DNA of 64,000 nt from a virus: positions 64,249 through 128,248 of IMG/VR virus record IMGVR_UViG_3300050821_001198. The stretch is one strand, 5' to 3'. Position numbers and translations under genes: made by a program. Below, piece by piece: positions 19,427 to 28,240 of the stretch (its first letter is position 1; every line of letters starts with the position of its first letter). The notes under the pieces were generated by a model. That model made no database searches. It was not told the DNA's origin and saw nothing but the letters and a program-made list of their open reading frames with translations.

Positions 19427-19962
19427 TTCTCTTCCTCCGTTAGAGGCTTGCGCCATTCGGGCTCGGGCGCCTCGCCGCGTTTGAAAGCGGCGTACTGGTC
19501 CATCCGGCCGCCCTCAGAGGTGTCGCAGATCAGATAGCCGGACGCATGCTCTGTGCCGTGGACGAACCCGACCTTCCGCATCGCGTCGTCGGACGGAGCG
19601 TGCGGGACCGTGACAAACGTCGCGATCCCCCGCTCGCGGAAGTAACCGGGAAGCGTTGAGACGAGCTTTGTAAGCAGGCCGCCGTCGTTCGACTGGAGCC
19701 ACTTGAACTCCAGCCAGTCGCCGTTGCGGACGATCTCGCACCAGTCGCCGTTCTCCCAGTGGAGACGGTAGAACCGGAACGGAGGGCGGTCGTCATGCTC
19801 GATCGACGCCGCACCGACCACCTCCAAGAGGCCGTCCGTGTCGATGTCCAGGATGCCCGCGTCGCCTCGTGCGAGGAGTTCCTGCTTCGCGGCCTCTGCG
19901 ATGAGCTGCGCGCGGATCGCCCATGCATCCTGCTTAGTGCTCTGACGCTTTAGAACGTCCAT
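19423..19962 (-). CDS. hypothetical protein, possible GNAT-like fold
   Basis: ATG 19962 overlaps the tail-fibre stop; LEFKWLQS...FRERGI...MRKVGF resembles GNAT motifs. Confidence 0.55.
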   Translation of the reverse strand: MDVLKRQSTKQDAWAIRAQLIAEAAKQELLARGDAGILDIDTDGLLEVVGAASIEHDDRPPFRFYRLHWENGDWCEIVRNGDWLEFKWLQSNDGGLLTKLVSTLPGYFRERGIATFVTVPHAPSDDAMRKVGFVHGTEHASGYLICDTSEGGRMDQYAAFKRGEAPEPEWRKPLTEEEK

Positions 19963-22900
19963 ATCACCACCAGGACTCCGTTGCCACCATTGCCGCCCAC
20001 GCCCGAACTCTGGCCCGTGCGCGTGCCACCACCACCCCCGCCGCCGCCGCCGTAGGAGCCGCCAGAACCGCCAGCGAAGCCGCCTGTTAGGCCACCACCG
20101 CCGCCGCCACCACCGGAGCCGCCCATCGCAGAGTTCGTAGCGGCCGTGGACGCGCCACCGGCCCCCACCGCGCCCGAGCCGCCGGATGCCTGCGCGAGCG
20201 CGCCACCCGAGCCCGAGCCGCCATTTCCGCCCGCTGTCGCAGCGTTCGCTGACGTGCATCCGCCCCCTGCAGCGCCCGCACCGGTCATGCTCCACTCCGC
20301 CTGGAACGCGGTCGGGGACGCACCGGCCGCACCAGCGGCTTGACCGGCGGGACCGAACATCGTGGTGCCACCGCCCTGCGAGGTCGTGCCCGAACCCCCG
20401 GCGGCCGTCAGATACGAGCCGAAGCTCGTGGGGTTGCCGTACTTCGGTGCGTTCCCCGCGCCGCTCGTAACGCTCGCGCCACCCGTGCCGCTCGTCCCGA
20501 CCGTTCCCGCGATCGTCGCGGTGAGATCAGACGCCAGGAACTCGCCCACTGAATAGCCACCCGCGCCACCACCCGCGCCGCCGGATGCGGCGGTGCTCGT
20601 GGCTGCGCAAGAACCAGACGTGCCCCCGCATCCCGAGCCGATCTCGTACACGTAGGCCGACTTCGCGCCCCCGGGCTTCGTGATCGTGCCGTTCGAGGTG
20701 AGCACCTGGTACTCAAGGCCGTTCGTGTTCACGGTCGGGTCGGCTGCACGAATACGCATCTTTGACCCGCCGGTGATATTGATCGCCGTGATGTACCCAA
20801 GGCCACCGAGGCGCTCGATGATCAGCTCTCCGCCGATCGTGTTGTTCGCGTCGAGTACCGGATTCGTAACCGGTGCCCACGCCCAGAACCCGTCCTCAAG
20901 GAAATGCGTGCCACGCACGCTAATCGGAGGATTAGACCCGATGCTCGCAAACGACTTCAGGCCATTCACCGGATCCCAGCCGGAGTAGACGTACTGGTAA
21001 GAGTTCGCGGTGATGTACGGGATCGTGATGCCCACCTGACCCGCACCGCCGTTCGGGTCCTGGAAGCTATAGATCGCCCCGACGCCGAAGGCGTTACCCG
21101 TCCAGGTGCAGTTCGCTCCGAGTACGATGCCGACGACGGTTCCATCGAAATCGACGTTGTACGCACGCGAGGTGCCGTTGTTGTCGCCGTATGGCATCCG
21201 CCACGCGAAGTTGCAGTTGTTCGTCGGCAGGATGCCCTCGGTACCGTAGGTGCCGCCAGACGCCAACCCTGCCGTGTGAACATTGTTGTGGCCGCTCGGG
21301 ACCGCCTCGACACAGAGAGCCAGATCGACGCCGCCCATATTCGCGTTCTCGGGCATCCACACGGTGAGGTTGTTGAAGTGGAACGCACACGAGATCGGGA
21401 ACGCCGAGAGGTCGGACGGGTACGGCATCGTCGCGCCGCCAATCACCGACGGGACACCGAAGCTACTGCTGTACCCCGGCCCCGGGCAGAGCGCCAGAAT
21501 GCCAGCGCCCGGGGGCATGTCCCAGTCAAGGGCGATATTCGGGCTCTCGGGGAGCGGGATCAGCGCATAGCCCCCCTGAGACGTCGAGAACGTGCCACCG
21601 TTGGCACCAACGCCGTAGAGCTTGTTCGCGAACTGCGCCTTATAGCCAGCGCCGCACGCTGCGCTCAGGTTCAAGAGTGCCGCAGCATCGTCGGTCGAGA
21701 ACCAGCCATTACAGTTCGTCGAGATCGTCGTTGAAGCGTTCACCGACAGCGTGACCGTTCCAGCCGACGCACCATTGCCAGGGACCCCGGTGATCTGCGC
21801 GAACAGTCCCGCGCCCATCGTCGTGACAGCCGATCCGGACGGCAGCGTGACCGGCACGTTCCCCAAATGGTTGACGGTGATGTTGCCGTTTGACGCCGCT
21901 GCCGATACCAGAGCGAACGGGATGCCGTTCGCTCCACTGGACACGATTACCCACGCGCCCGAAAGCGGGATCGCGGCGCCAGAAGTGCGCGAGATCGTGG
22001 TCGGGTTCGTACCCGAGGTGATCTGCGCGCTCGTCGTCCCGAGCGACGTGGACGCACCCGCCCCACGAACATAGATGTACTGGCCGATCTTCGCCTGCGA
22101 CGCCTTCGAGGTGGTCAACACGTTCGATCCGGCCTGGATCGCGCCGTCGGAGAACATCACCCCGTCACCCACCGCCCCGAACTGGTCCGGGGTCAGTGTG
22201 GATCCACGCGCGACAAGCGCCCAGTTCGTCCCATCCGCCCCGAAAGTCGAGCCGGAGGTGAAGGCGGACTGCGCCGCGTACAGGAGCCCGTTGACGAGAA
22301 CGAACTGACCCTTCAGGTAGTTCACGCCAGAGGCCCAAGTGAGCGACGTGTTCTGAGCGGCCGGGAGGCGGGCGGTCGCATCGAGCGTCGCGACGCCGCT
22401 TGCGGCGGCCCTCTGTGTCAGCGGGATCAGCGTAGCCTCAGCAGCGAGCGCTCGCGTCCTCTCGACAGCCACCGCAGAGTCCGCGTAGCCAGTGGTCGCG
22501 ATCTTCGTGGAGTCATCGAGCGCCGCCGCTGTCGGCGCTGTCGGCGTCCCCGTGAACGCTGGCGAGGCGAGCCGCGCCAGCGTAGCCGAATCAGACAGAT
22601 CGGTGCTGGCCGCGTTCAAGCCCGGGTTCGGGTATGAGCCCGATAGCTTCCCGCCAGCAGCGCCGGACGGTGGCCCGCCAACCTCCCAGTCCACGCCATC
22701 CGTGGCCGACGAGCGCGCCGTGAGCACATAGCCATCCGTGCCGACCGGCAGCCTCGCGCGGACGCCGTTCGACGCGCCCACGATCATGTCGCCCTTCGCC
22801 TGGACCAGTTCGTCCTGAGCCCCGCTTACCACCGAATTCGGCAGGTTAGCAATGTCGGTGGCGTACTTCAACGAACTCCAGGCCGTCGCGCCGTCCCCGA

Positions 22901-23015
22901 TCTTTTGTTTCCCCGTATCGGTTTCGAGGGCGGGTTCGCCAAGGGCTAGAACGGGGTCATCAGATGTCCAGTTGGCAGCCGTATCCCGGCGGATTTGAAA
23001 GGTGACCAGGGTCAT
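19950..23015 (-). CDS. tail fibre / receptor-binding protein
   Basis: Mtd-N-like start (QIRRDTAANW...GEPALETDTGKQKIGDG), SPAFTGTPTAPT fibre repeat, FGAVGDG beta-helix start, Gly-rich C-terminus. Confidence 0.85.
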   Translation of the reverse strand: MTLVTFQIRRDTAANWTSDDPVLALGEPALETDTGKQKIGDGATAWSSLKYATDIANLPNSVVSGAQDELVQAKGDMIVGASNGVRARLPVGTDGYVLTARSSATDGVDWEVGGPPSGAAGGKLSGSYPNPGLNAASTDLSDSATLARLASPAFTGTPTAPTAAALDDSTKIATTGYADSAVAVERTRALAAEATLIPLTQRAAASGVATLDATARLPAAQNTSLTWASGVNYLKGQFVLVNGLLYAAQSAFTSGSTFGADGTNWALVARGSTLTPDQFGAVGDGVMFSDGAIQAGSNVLTTSKASQAKIGQYIYVRGAGASTSLGTTSAQITSGTNPTTISRTSGAAIPLSGAWVIVSSGANGIPFALVSAAASNGNITVNHLGNVPVTLPSGSAVTTMGAGLFAQITGVPGNGASAGTVTLSVNASTTISTNCNGWFSTDDAAALLNLSAACGAGYKAQFANKLYGVGANGGTFSTSQGGYALIPLPESPNIALDWDMPPGAGILALCPGPGYSSSFGVPSVIGGATMPYPSDLSAFPISCAFHFNNLTVWMPENANMGGVDLALCVEAVPSGHNNVHTAGLASGGTYGTEGILPTNNCNFAWRMPYGDNNGTSRAYNVDFDGTVVGIVLGANCTWTGNAFGVGAIYSFQDPNGGAGQVGITIPYITANSYQYVYSGWDPVNGLKSFASIGSNPPISVRGTHFLEDGFWAWAPVTNPVLDANNTIGGELIIERLGGLGYITAINITGGSKMRIRAADPTVNTNGLEYQVLTSNGTITKPGGAKSAYVYEIGSGCGGTSGSCAATSTAASGGAGGGAGGYSVGEFLASDLTATIAGTVGTSGTGGASVTSGAGNAPKYGNPTSFGSYLTAAGGSGTTSQGGGTTMFGPAGQAAGAAGASPTAFQAEWSMTGAGAAGGGCTSANAATAGGNGGSGSGGALAQASGGSGAVGAGGASTAATNSAMGGSGGGGGGGGLTGGFAGGSGGSYGGGGGGGGGTRTGQSSGVGGNGGNGVLVVIWTF

Positions 23016-23038
23016 CAAGGATTACTTGGGCGCGTGAC

Positions 23039-23452
23039 TCAAGAGACTAGGTACAACTGGTGGCCGACGCTATACGTGTTGCCTAGGTCATCGGTGATCA
23101 CGAGGCTAGCGCGGGCCTGATAGTTCGCTACGAGATAGGTGTGAGTTACCGTATCTGTTCCAGTCTGATACACTGTCCCGTCCCCCATTGCCCACTCGTA
23201 GTTCACGACTGATCGATTGGGTGCCAGGGTTACAGCCGCCGTGAAGGTGATAACAGTGCTGATGGCGGTCTCATTGACTGTGACTGTAGTTTCACCTATA
23301 GTGATGGGTGTCGCTGTAAAAGGAGTCCACGAGAAGTCCAACGTCATCGGGGGAATCCCGGGGCCGGGTTTGTTGATCGTATCTCCTATCTCGCTGGCCT
23401 GGGCGGACGAGAAGGCGTGAATAGGGAGCGGATCGGCTTGGTATATGGTCAT
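23039..23452 (-). CDS. PKD-domain virion protein
   Basis: YEWAMGDG...THTY...LVITDDLG PKD signature. Confidence 0.75.
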   Translation of the reverse strand: MTIYQADPLPIHAFSSAQASEIGDTINKPGPGIPPMTLDFSWTPFTATPITIGETTVTVNETAISTVITFTAAVTLAPNRSVVNYEWAMGDGTVYQTGTDTVTHTYLVANYQARASLVITDDLGNTYSVGHQLYLVS

Positions 23453-24243
23453 TACGCTGTCACCGTATGAGTTACTGAACCGCGACGACCATTTTGATCG
23501 GTTACGGTGAGCGTGATGTCGTGGTCTCCTGAGCCGTATACAAACGATTTCTCGATGATAGGACCATACCCGTAAGTCCCGTCATCAAAGGCCCAGCTAT
23601 AAGAGGCAATACGAGCCGGTCCGGAGGACGTTTCTGCATTGCATGTGAAAATGGGGTTGCTGGGGACCCCACAATCGTAAGACCAGTTGTATGCCGATGT
23701 ATTCCCGTAAGGAACGTTGCCATCAGATAGAATCGCCCCGGGGTAGAGATCTTCGGCCGAAAGTGCTGTCCAGAATCCGGCGGCCAGAGTGTGTGGAAGT
23801 GAAGTGGCCCCAAAGGTACTTGTAACCACCCCGCTGTCTGCGTCAAAAGTCATAGTGATCTCGGTAGGATCAACGGGTGCGGTAACAGTCAACGAGTCAA
23901 AGAAGTTTAGGCCACCCGGAGCGTATCCGAACACCTGAAGGTTATTGGGTTCCTGGGCCGAGAACGACGCGAACAGACCGTACGTGAATGTAGAGTCCGA
24001 GATCGTGGCCACATAGATGCCGTAGGCGTAACCTCCCGGAGTCCATCCTAGGTTCACTGTAAACGGGGGATTCTGACTGATCCGTTGATCGGTCCACTGC
24101 AATGCCCCCGTGGTGCTAGTCGAGAGGATCGCTAGATCATTTGCAGAGACCGAGAAGTCCGTTCCCTCCACGCCTGCCTGTATGGTGTATGTGGAATCGC
24201 TGAAGTAGTCATGCGTGAATGTATCGGACCAAGTTGTGGGCAT
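23452..24243 (-). CDS. PKD-domain virion protein
   Basis: YSWAFDDG...TLTVTDQNG PKD signature at the C-terminus. Confidence 0.75.
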   Translation of the reverse strand: MPTTWSDTFTHDYFSDSTYTIQAGVEGTDFSVSANDLAILSTSTTGALQWTDQRISQNPPFTVNLGWTPGGYAYGIYVATISDSTFTYGLFASFSAQEPNNLQVFGYAPGGLNFFDSLTVTAPVDPTEITMTFDADSGVVTSTFGATSLPHTLAAGFWTALSAEDLYPGAILSDGNVPYGNTSAYNWSYDCGVPSNPIFTCNAETSSGPARIASYSWAFDDGTYGYGPIIEKSFVYGSGDHDITLTVTDQNGRRGSVTHTVTA

Positions 24244-26486
24244 TAGCTTTCAACCGTGAATGCGGCTGTCGGACCCTCCCCGTCCAGTAGGGCTTCATCA
24301 GACCACACGAAACGACCCGGAGAGGCGTACTTAGGAATGATCTGAAGGGCATTGATCTCGGCTTCCGGGAACATCTGCACGCCCGATACCTGAAGACTCG
24401 TGCCGCGTGTGTTCGCGACGGTTCCATCGTAGACCCCGTTGATGAAGTCAAACGGAACCCAATCGAGACCGTCATCATCCCAGAGATCCGGACCGTCACT
24501 ACGCATCTTCCAACGGAAGGCACGAGCGGTCACTGTAAGGTTGTTGATGACCCAGACGTTCGAGTGCGATCCCGGCTGGAGGAACAGGAGATTGTAGAAC
24601 CCTGTGATGTCGCCACGATCTTGGTACGGGAGAGCGAGCGATGTAGCCACCTGTAGACGGTAGTGCTGCCAGTGACCGGCGTTGATCAGGGGGAGCGGGA
24701 GCGGCACGATGTTGTGGGTATCACTCAGCAAGAAGATTTGGAGGGCGGACGTACCTGTCGGGTATAGAAGATCGAATTCGATAACAAGGTTGTCCCAATC
24801 GTAGACCCAGAAGGGAGTTGTCTGTGCTCCGCTGTGGGGCTGCGAACTGACGCTTGCAACCTGGAACCCGTTAGGCTGAAGAGTGACAGATCCGCCGAAC
24901 GGACCATCGACCACCTGGGCGGCCTCTACCACGTCCGGACTCGACTCCACAAATAGCTGAGCGCCGACAACGGGTGTCATCGACTGCATCGCGGTCGAGA
25001 GGTACTCGCCGTAGTTCGCGTACCGGCTGTTGATACTCACGAGGCTCGCGTCACCGTCTACTAGCTGAGCGTACCATCCGATCCGTCCACGGCGATTGTG
25101 TAGGAGGGCGGGATCGTCAATCTCGGTTGTATCGAAGACAACGGTGTCGAAATCGATGTTCCCGAATCCGTCTGACGGGTAGATGATGCACCGGACGGAG
25201 GTACCGACAAGCTCTGTGAAGACGACATAGTAGGTGTCGGAGTTCAATGTCGGGGCGAAGGAATAGAAGTCGCCGCCTTTGTTCTGCATCGTCAGCGATG
25301 CGGGACTTGTTCCCCAAGTTACCTCGATCTCGAAGTAGTCTTCAGAGTTTGAGACGGGTCGCGAGTCCATTTGCGCCATCGTGCGCCCGTCCAGGGTCAT
25401 CATCGAATCAACGTCTAGTCCGCCCACGGTCTCAGGACCCAAGAGCATGGAAGACGACGAGAAGTCTGGTTGTACGTTCCCATCGAGCACGGACATTGCG
25501 GTACCGTCTAGGTCGGCCATAGTGGACGCACTGGACGCGGTAGCCCTGTAGTACATGTTGATCGTGTTAGTGCCCTGTGTCATCGAGCCCGTGTAGAAGA
25601 ACGTAGTGTGACGTATGTCGATAGGGTTGCTTGTGCCCGGAAGGGTCCGAAACAGGATCGGGAAATCGGTCTCGTCCGAGGGTGGCGTTGTAGAAGTGGG
25701 GAAGTCCACGCTGGGACCGGACGTATTGAGGGAGCCGTCTCGTGTGACTGTACGCTTGAGCATGTTGCGACGTGTGTCGAGATCTACAGGAGCAACCTTC
25801 CACGTTGCCGAAAAGACCCTGATTGCCATGCAACGGAATGTGCAGCTTGCGGTTGCCGCGATACGGAGCCGGACACCCGTGACGTTCGTCAAATCGATTC
25901 CGGTGAAGCTCGTACGAGGAAGCCGGATCTCAGAGTTTCCCGCCACCGGGCTCGTGAGGCTGTCTGAGAACGGAACGGAGGCAATTGTGCCGCCGAAGCT
26001 ACCCGCCGGGTCGGACGTGAGATCAATGAAGCAACTAGCGAGCGTGAGATCCCCGAGAGGGAGTGCAGGGCACGCTAGGGATACGAAGGCTGAGTTGTCA
26101 AAGCCCGTTAGGATGTCTACCGGAGACGACACCGAGACGGTCGTAGTGGTGCCGGATGTGCAGGTAAGCTGGATACCAGACTGGTTCTGACGATCCGACT
26201 GAGGCCCGACCGTACCCTCTGTCCAGTGTTCGCCCTCATAGACAGTGGTGAAGTCGCTATCAAGCTCCATCATTGTGTACGAGTCGAGCCCGCTCACCGA
26301 GAAGAGATCAAGATCGTACATCGTCGCCCCTGTAGTGAGATCGTCCTGCATGAACGTCCGTAGATCTACGTGGCGCTGAAAGGGAATCTGTGCCTGCTGG
26401 TTTACGTCCTGGCAGGTTGAGGGCTGATAGCTCCCGTCCGGAGTCAGGAAGCTTTCGATCAGTGAATCGGCGGGCTGAAGCATCAT
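24243..26486 (-). CDS. minor tail/baseplate protein
   Basis: 747 aa beta-rich, in tail module; short TMxxLD repeats. Confidence 0.65.
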   Translation of the reverse strand: MMLQPADSLIESFLTPDGSYQPSTCQDVNQQAQIPFQRHVDLRTFMQDDLTTGATMYDLDLFSVSGLDSYTMMELDSDFTTVYEGEHWTEGTVGPQSDRQNQSGIQLTCTSGTTTTVSVSSPVDILTGFDNSAFVSLACPALPLGDLTLASCFIDLTSDPAGSFGGTIASVPFSDSLTSPVAGNSEIRLPRTSFTGIDLTNVTGVRLRIAATASCTFRCMAIRVFSATWKVAPVDLDTRRNMLKRTVTRDGSLNTSGPSVDFPTSTTPPSDETDFPILFRTLPGTSNPIDIRHTTFFYTGSMTQGTNTINMYYRATASSASTMADLDGTAMSVLDGNVQPDFSSSSMLLGPETVGGLDVDSMMTLDGRTMAQMDSRPVSNSEDYFEIEVTWGTSPASLTMQNKGGDFYSFAPTLNSDTYYVVFTELVGTSVRCIIYPSDGFGNIDFDTVVFDTTEIDDPALLHNRRGRIGWYAQLVDGDASLVSINSRYANYGEYLSTAMQSMTPVVGAQLFVESSPDVVEAAQVVDGPFGGSVTLQPNGFQVASVSSQPHSGAQTTPFWVYDWDNLVIEFDLLYPTGTSALQIFLLSDTHNIVPLPLPLINAGHWQHYRLQVATSLALPYQDRGDITGFYNLLFLQPGSHSNVWVINNLTVTARAFRWKMRSDGPDLWDDDGLDWVPFDFINGVYDGTVANTRGTSLQVSGVQMFPEAEINALQIIPKYASPGRFVWSDEALLDGEGPTAAFTVES

Positions 26487-26505
26487 TGGTTATTTGACCG
26501 CTGTC

Positions 26506-28236
26506 TTACGTGATCTGGTTGAACCCGTCGCCAAAGACCTCCCAATAGACGGGGGTATCTCGTGGAATGTTGTAGTTGTCGCGCAAGAAGGCAAGCTCGC
26601 GAACGCCAGCGAAGTAAGCCCGGTCATTGGTGAACTTAGCCGTTGCCTTACGATAGGTGTGGCGGCACGTCGCGAAGAAGTACATGTCGGGCTGCTGCTT
26701 CTGCTGCATGAGCGGGTCTCGCAGTCGGGAAGACGTATAGGGAGCCAGGGGAATGTAACTTGGCCGGATGCGCTCCTGCGGGTAGGCTTGCAGGGTGGAT
26801 AGAGCCGCTGTCGCCTGCGATGCGATTTGACCTAGCAGCGAGTTGTTGTTCGAGAGGTCCGTGGGCTGTAGTGAGAAGGGTAGGAGGGCGGTTGAGATGT
26901 TCTGAAGAGTGGTCTGGTCAACCTGGGATAGATCCTGGGTAAGCTGCTCCTGAAACTCAAGCTGTTGCTGAACCTGGATCGACACTGGAAGCTCGGGACC
27001 AGTGTCAATGCCGTCTAGGGTGTACGAATAGGCGTAATCCAGGAGATCGAAGACAACGTTGGTCGCCGGACTAATCAAGTAGTCTTCTGAGATCCTGCTA
27101 GCCTCGTACTGAGCCAGGAAGTAGGTCAGCACCCACGAAGGGAAGCGCTGATACTGTACCGGCTGAACCACCTTAGTCCGGTACTGCTGTGACTGGAGGT
27201 TGGTCATCTCGATCTTGAAGAACTTGGCAGTGGCGGGCCGTGGAAGATAGTAGGTGTCACGCTTCCTGGCGGTGTACACCATAGGCACGCGGGTCCAGAG
27301 CTTGCTATCCCAATCGCTGGCATCGATGGCGGGATCTCCGTCCGACGAGTAGTACACATTGAAGGTCATGTTCGGCGTGATTGGGTCGAGCAGAATCGAG
27401 TCCACCACTACCGGCTCTCCATCCTGTGACATGTCAGCGTACAGTGCCTCTATGGCGAACTTGGAGGGGTTTGGGCGTGACATCCACTGGATGTTCGGGT
27501 CTCCATCTACCGGGTTGACCGCTTCGACTGCCTTTGGGATGACGACGGCACGGAACTGGTTGCCCAGGATATCCGTTCCGCTGTCAGCGGAGAGAGCGGA
27601 TACCCGAAAATTCATACTGACCTCGTTGCCGTCGTCGGTGAAGATTCCGGTTCCATCGGAGTTGGCATACGCACAGACATTGAAGCTTGCAAGGGGGTTA
27701 GGAGCAACATAGAAGAGAGCGCTGATCCCGGCGGAGAAAACAGTCCAAAGGCGAAACCGATCATTCAACCAAGCGGGATCAATCGTGATAGGAGTAGGAG
27801 CCGTCATCTGCGCCCAAATAAATGATCCGACATAGGGTACCTGCTCAAGTGTATTCTGCGTCAAGTTGTCCCAGGACCCCTGGCTATTTAGGTGGTCAAT
27901 ACCCCACAGCGCCGTGACATTCAGATCGGTGGCCTGCATCATCAATTGGATACCTGACAGAGCCGGGATCTCGGGGGTTGAATCGGGACCGCGCTCGTAA
28001 TCCACTGGTAGAAAGAAGTCCTGGTAGATTGCTTCCGCGTAAATCGTCCCAAAGTCCGCAATCTCAGCGTTGCCTCCGTCGAGTACGGTTCCGCCGTCAC
28101 CGTCAAGAATAAGAAGTCCTGAGCTTGATGCGTCTCCGCCGTCGTAATTGAGCAACGAGGAACCCGGCACAATTGACCCCGATGAAAGCGCGTTCTGGTT
28201 GATGACGAGGCCGCTATATTTGGTGGTTACTGACAT
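26506..28236 (-). CDS. minor tail/baseplate protein
   Basis: 576 aa in tail module; discoidin/CBM-like segment (FNVYYS...FFKIEMTNL). Confidence 0.65.
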   Translation of the reverse strand: MSVTTKYSGLVINQNALSSGSIVPGSSLLNYDGGDASSSGLLILDGDGGTVLDGGNAEIADFGTIYAEAIYQDFFLPVDYERGPDSTPEIPALSGIQLMMQATDLNVTALWGIDHLNSQGSWDNLTQNTLEQVPYVGSFIWAQMTAPTPITIDPAWLNDRFRLWTVFSAGISALFYVAPNPLASFNVCAYANSDGTGIFTDDGNEVSMNFRVSALSADSGTDILGNQFRAVVIPKAVEAVNPVDGDPNIQWMSRPNPSKFAIEALYADMSQDGEPVVVDSILLDPITPNMTFNVYYSSDGDPAIDASDWDSKLWTRVPMVYTARKRDTYYLPRPATAKFFKIEMTNLQSQQYRTKVVQPVQYQRFPSWVLTYFLAQYEASRISEDYLISPATNVVFDLLDYAYSYTLDGIDTGPELPVSIQVQQQLEFQEQLTQDLSQVDQTTLQNISTALLPFSLQPTDLSNNNSLLGQIASQATAALSTLQAYPQERIRPSYIPLAPYTSSRLRDPLMQQKQQPDMYFFATCRHTYRKATAKFTNDRAYFAGVRELAFLRDNYNIPRDTPVYWEVFGDGFNQIT

Positions 28237-28240
28237 CTGA

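Noticed and set aside
19963-20295. Arg/Trp-rich N-terminal extension of ORF 19423..20295
   Set aside because: Alternate-frame read of the Gly-rich fibre tail; the real start is probably ATG 19962
20904-21734. 276-aa + strand ORF
   Set aside because: Antisense shadow of the high-GC tail fibre gene with no motifs
19950-23015. Diversity-generating retroelement suggested by the Mtd-N-like domain
   Set aside because: No reverse transcriptase and no template/variable repeat pair differing at adenines seen in the window; the domain is a common fibre anchor
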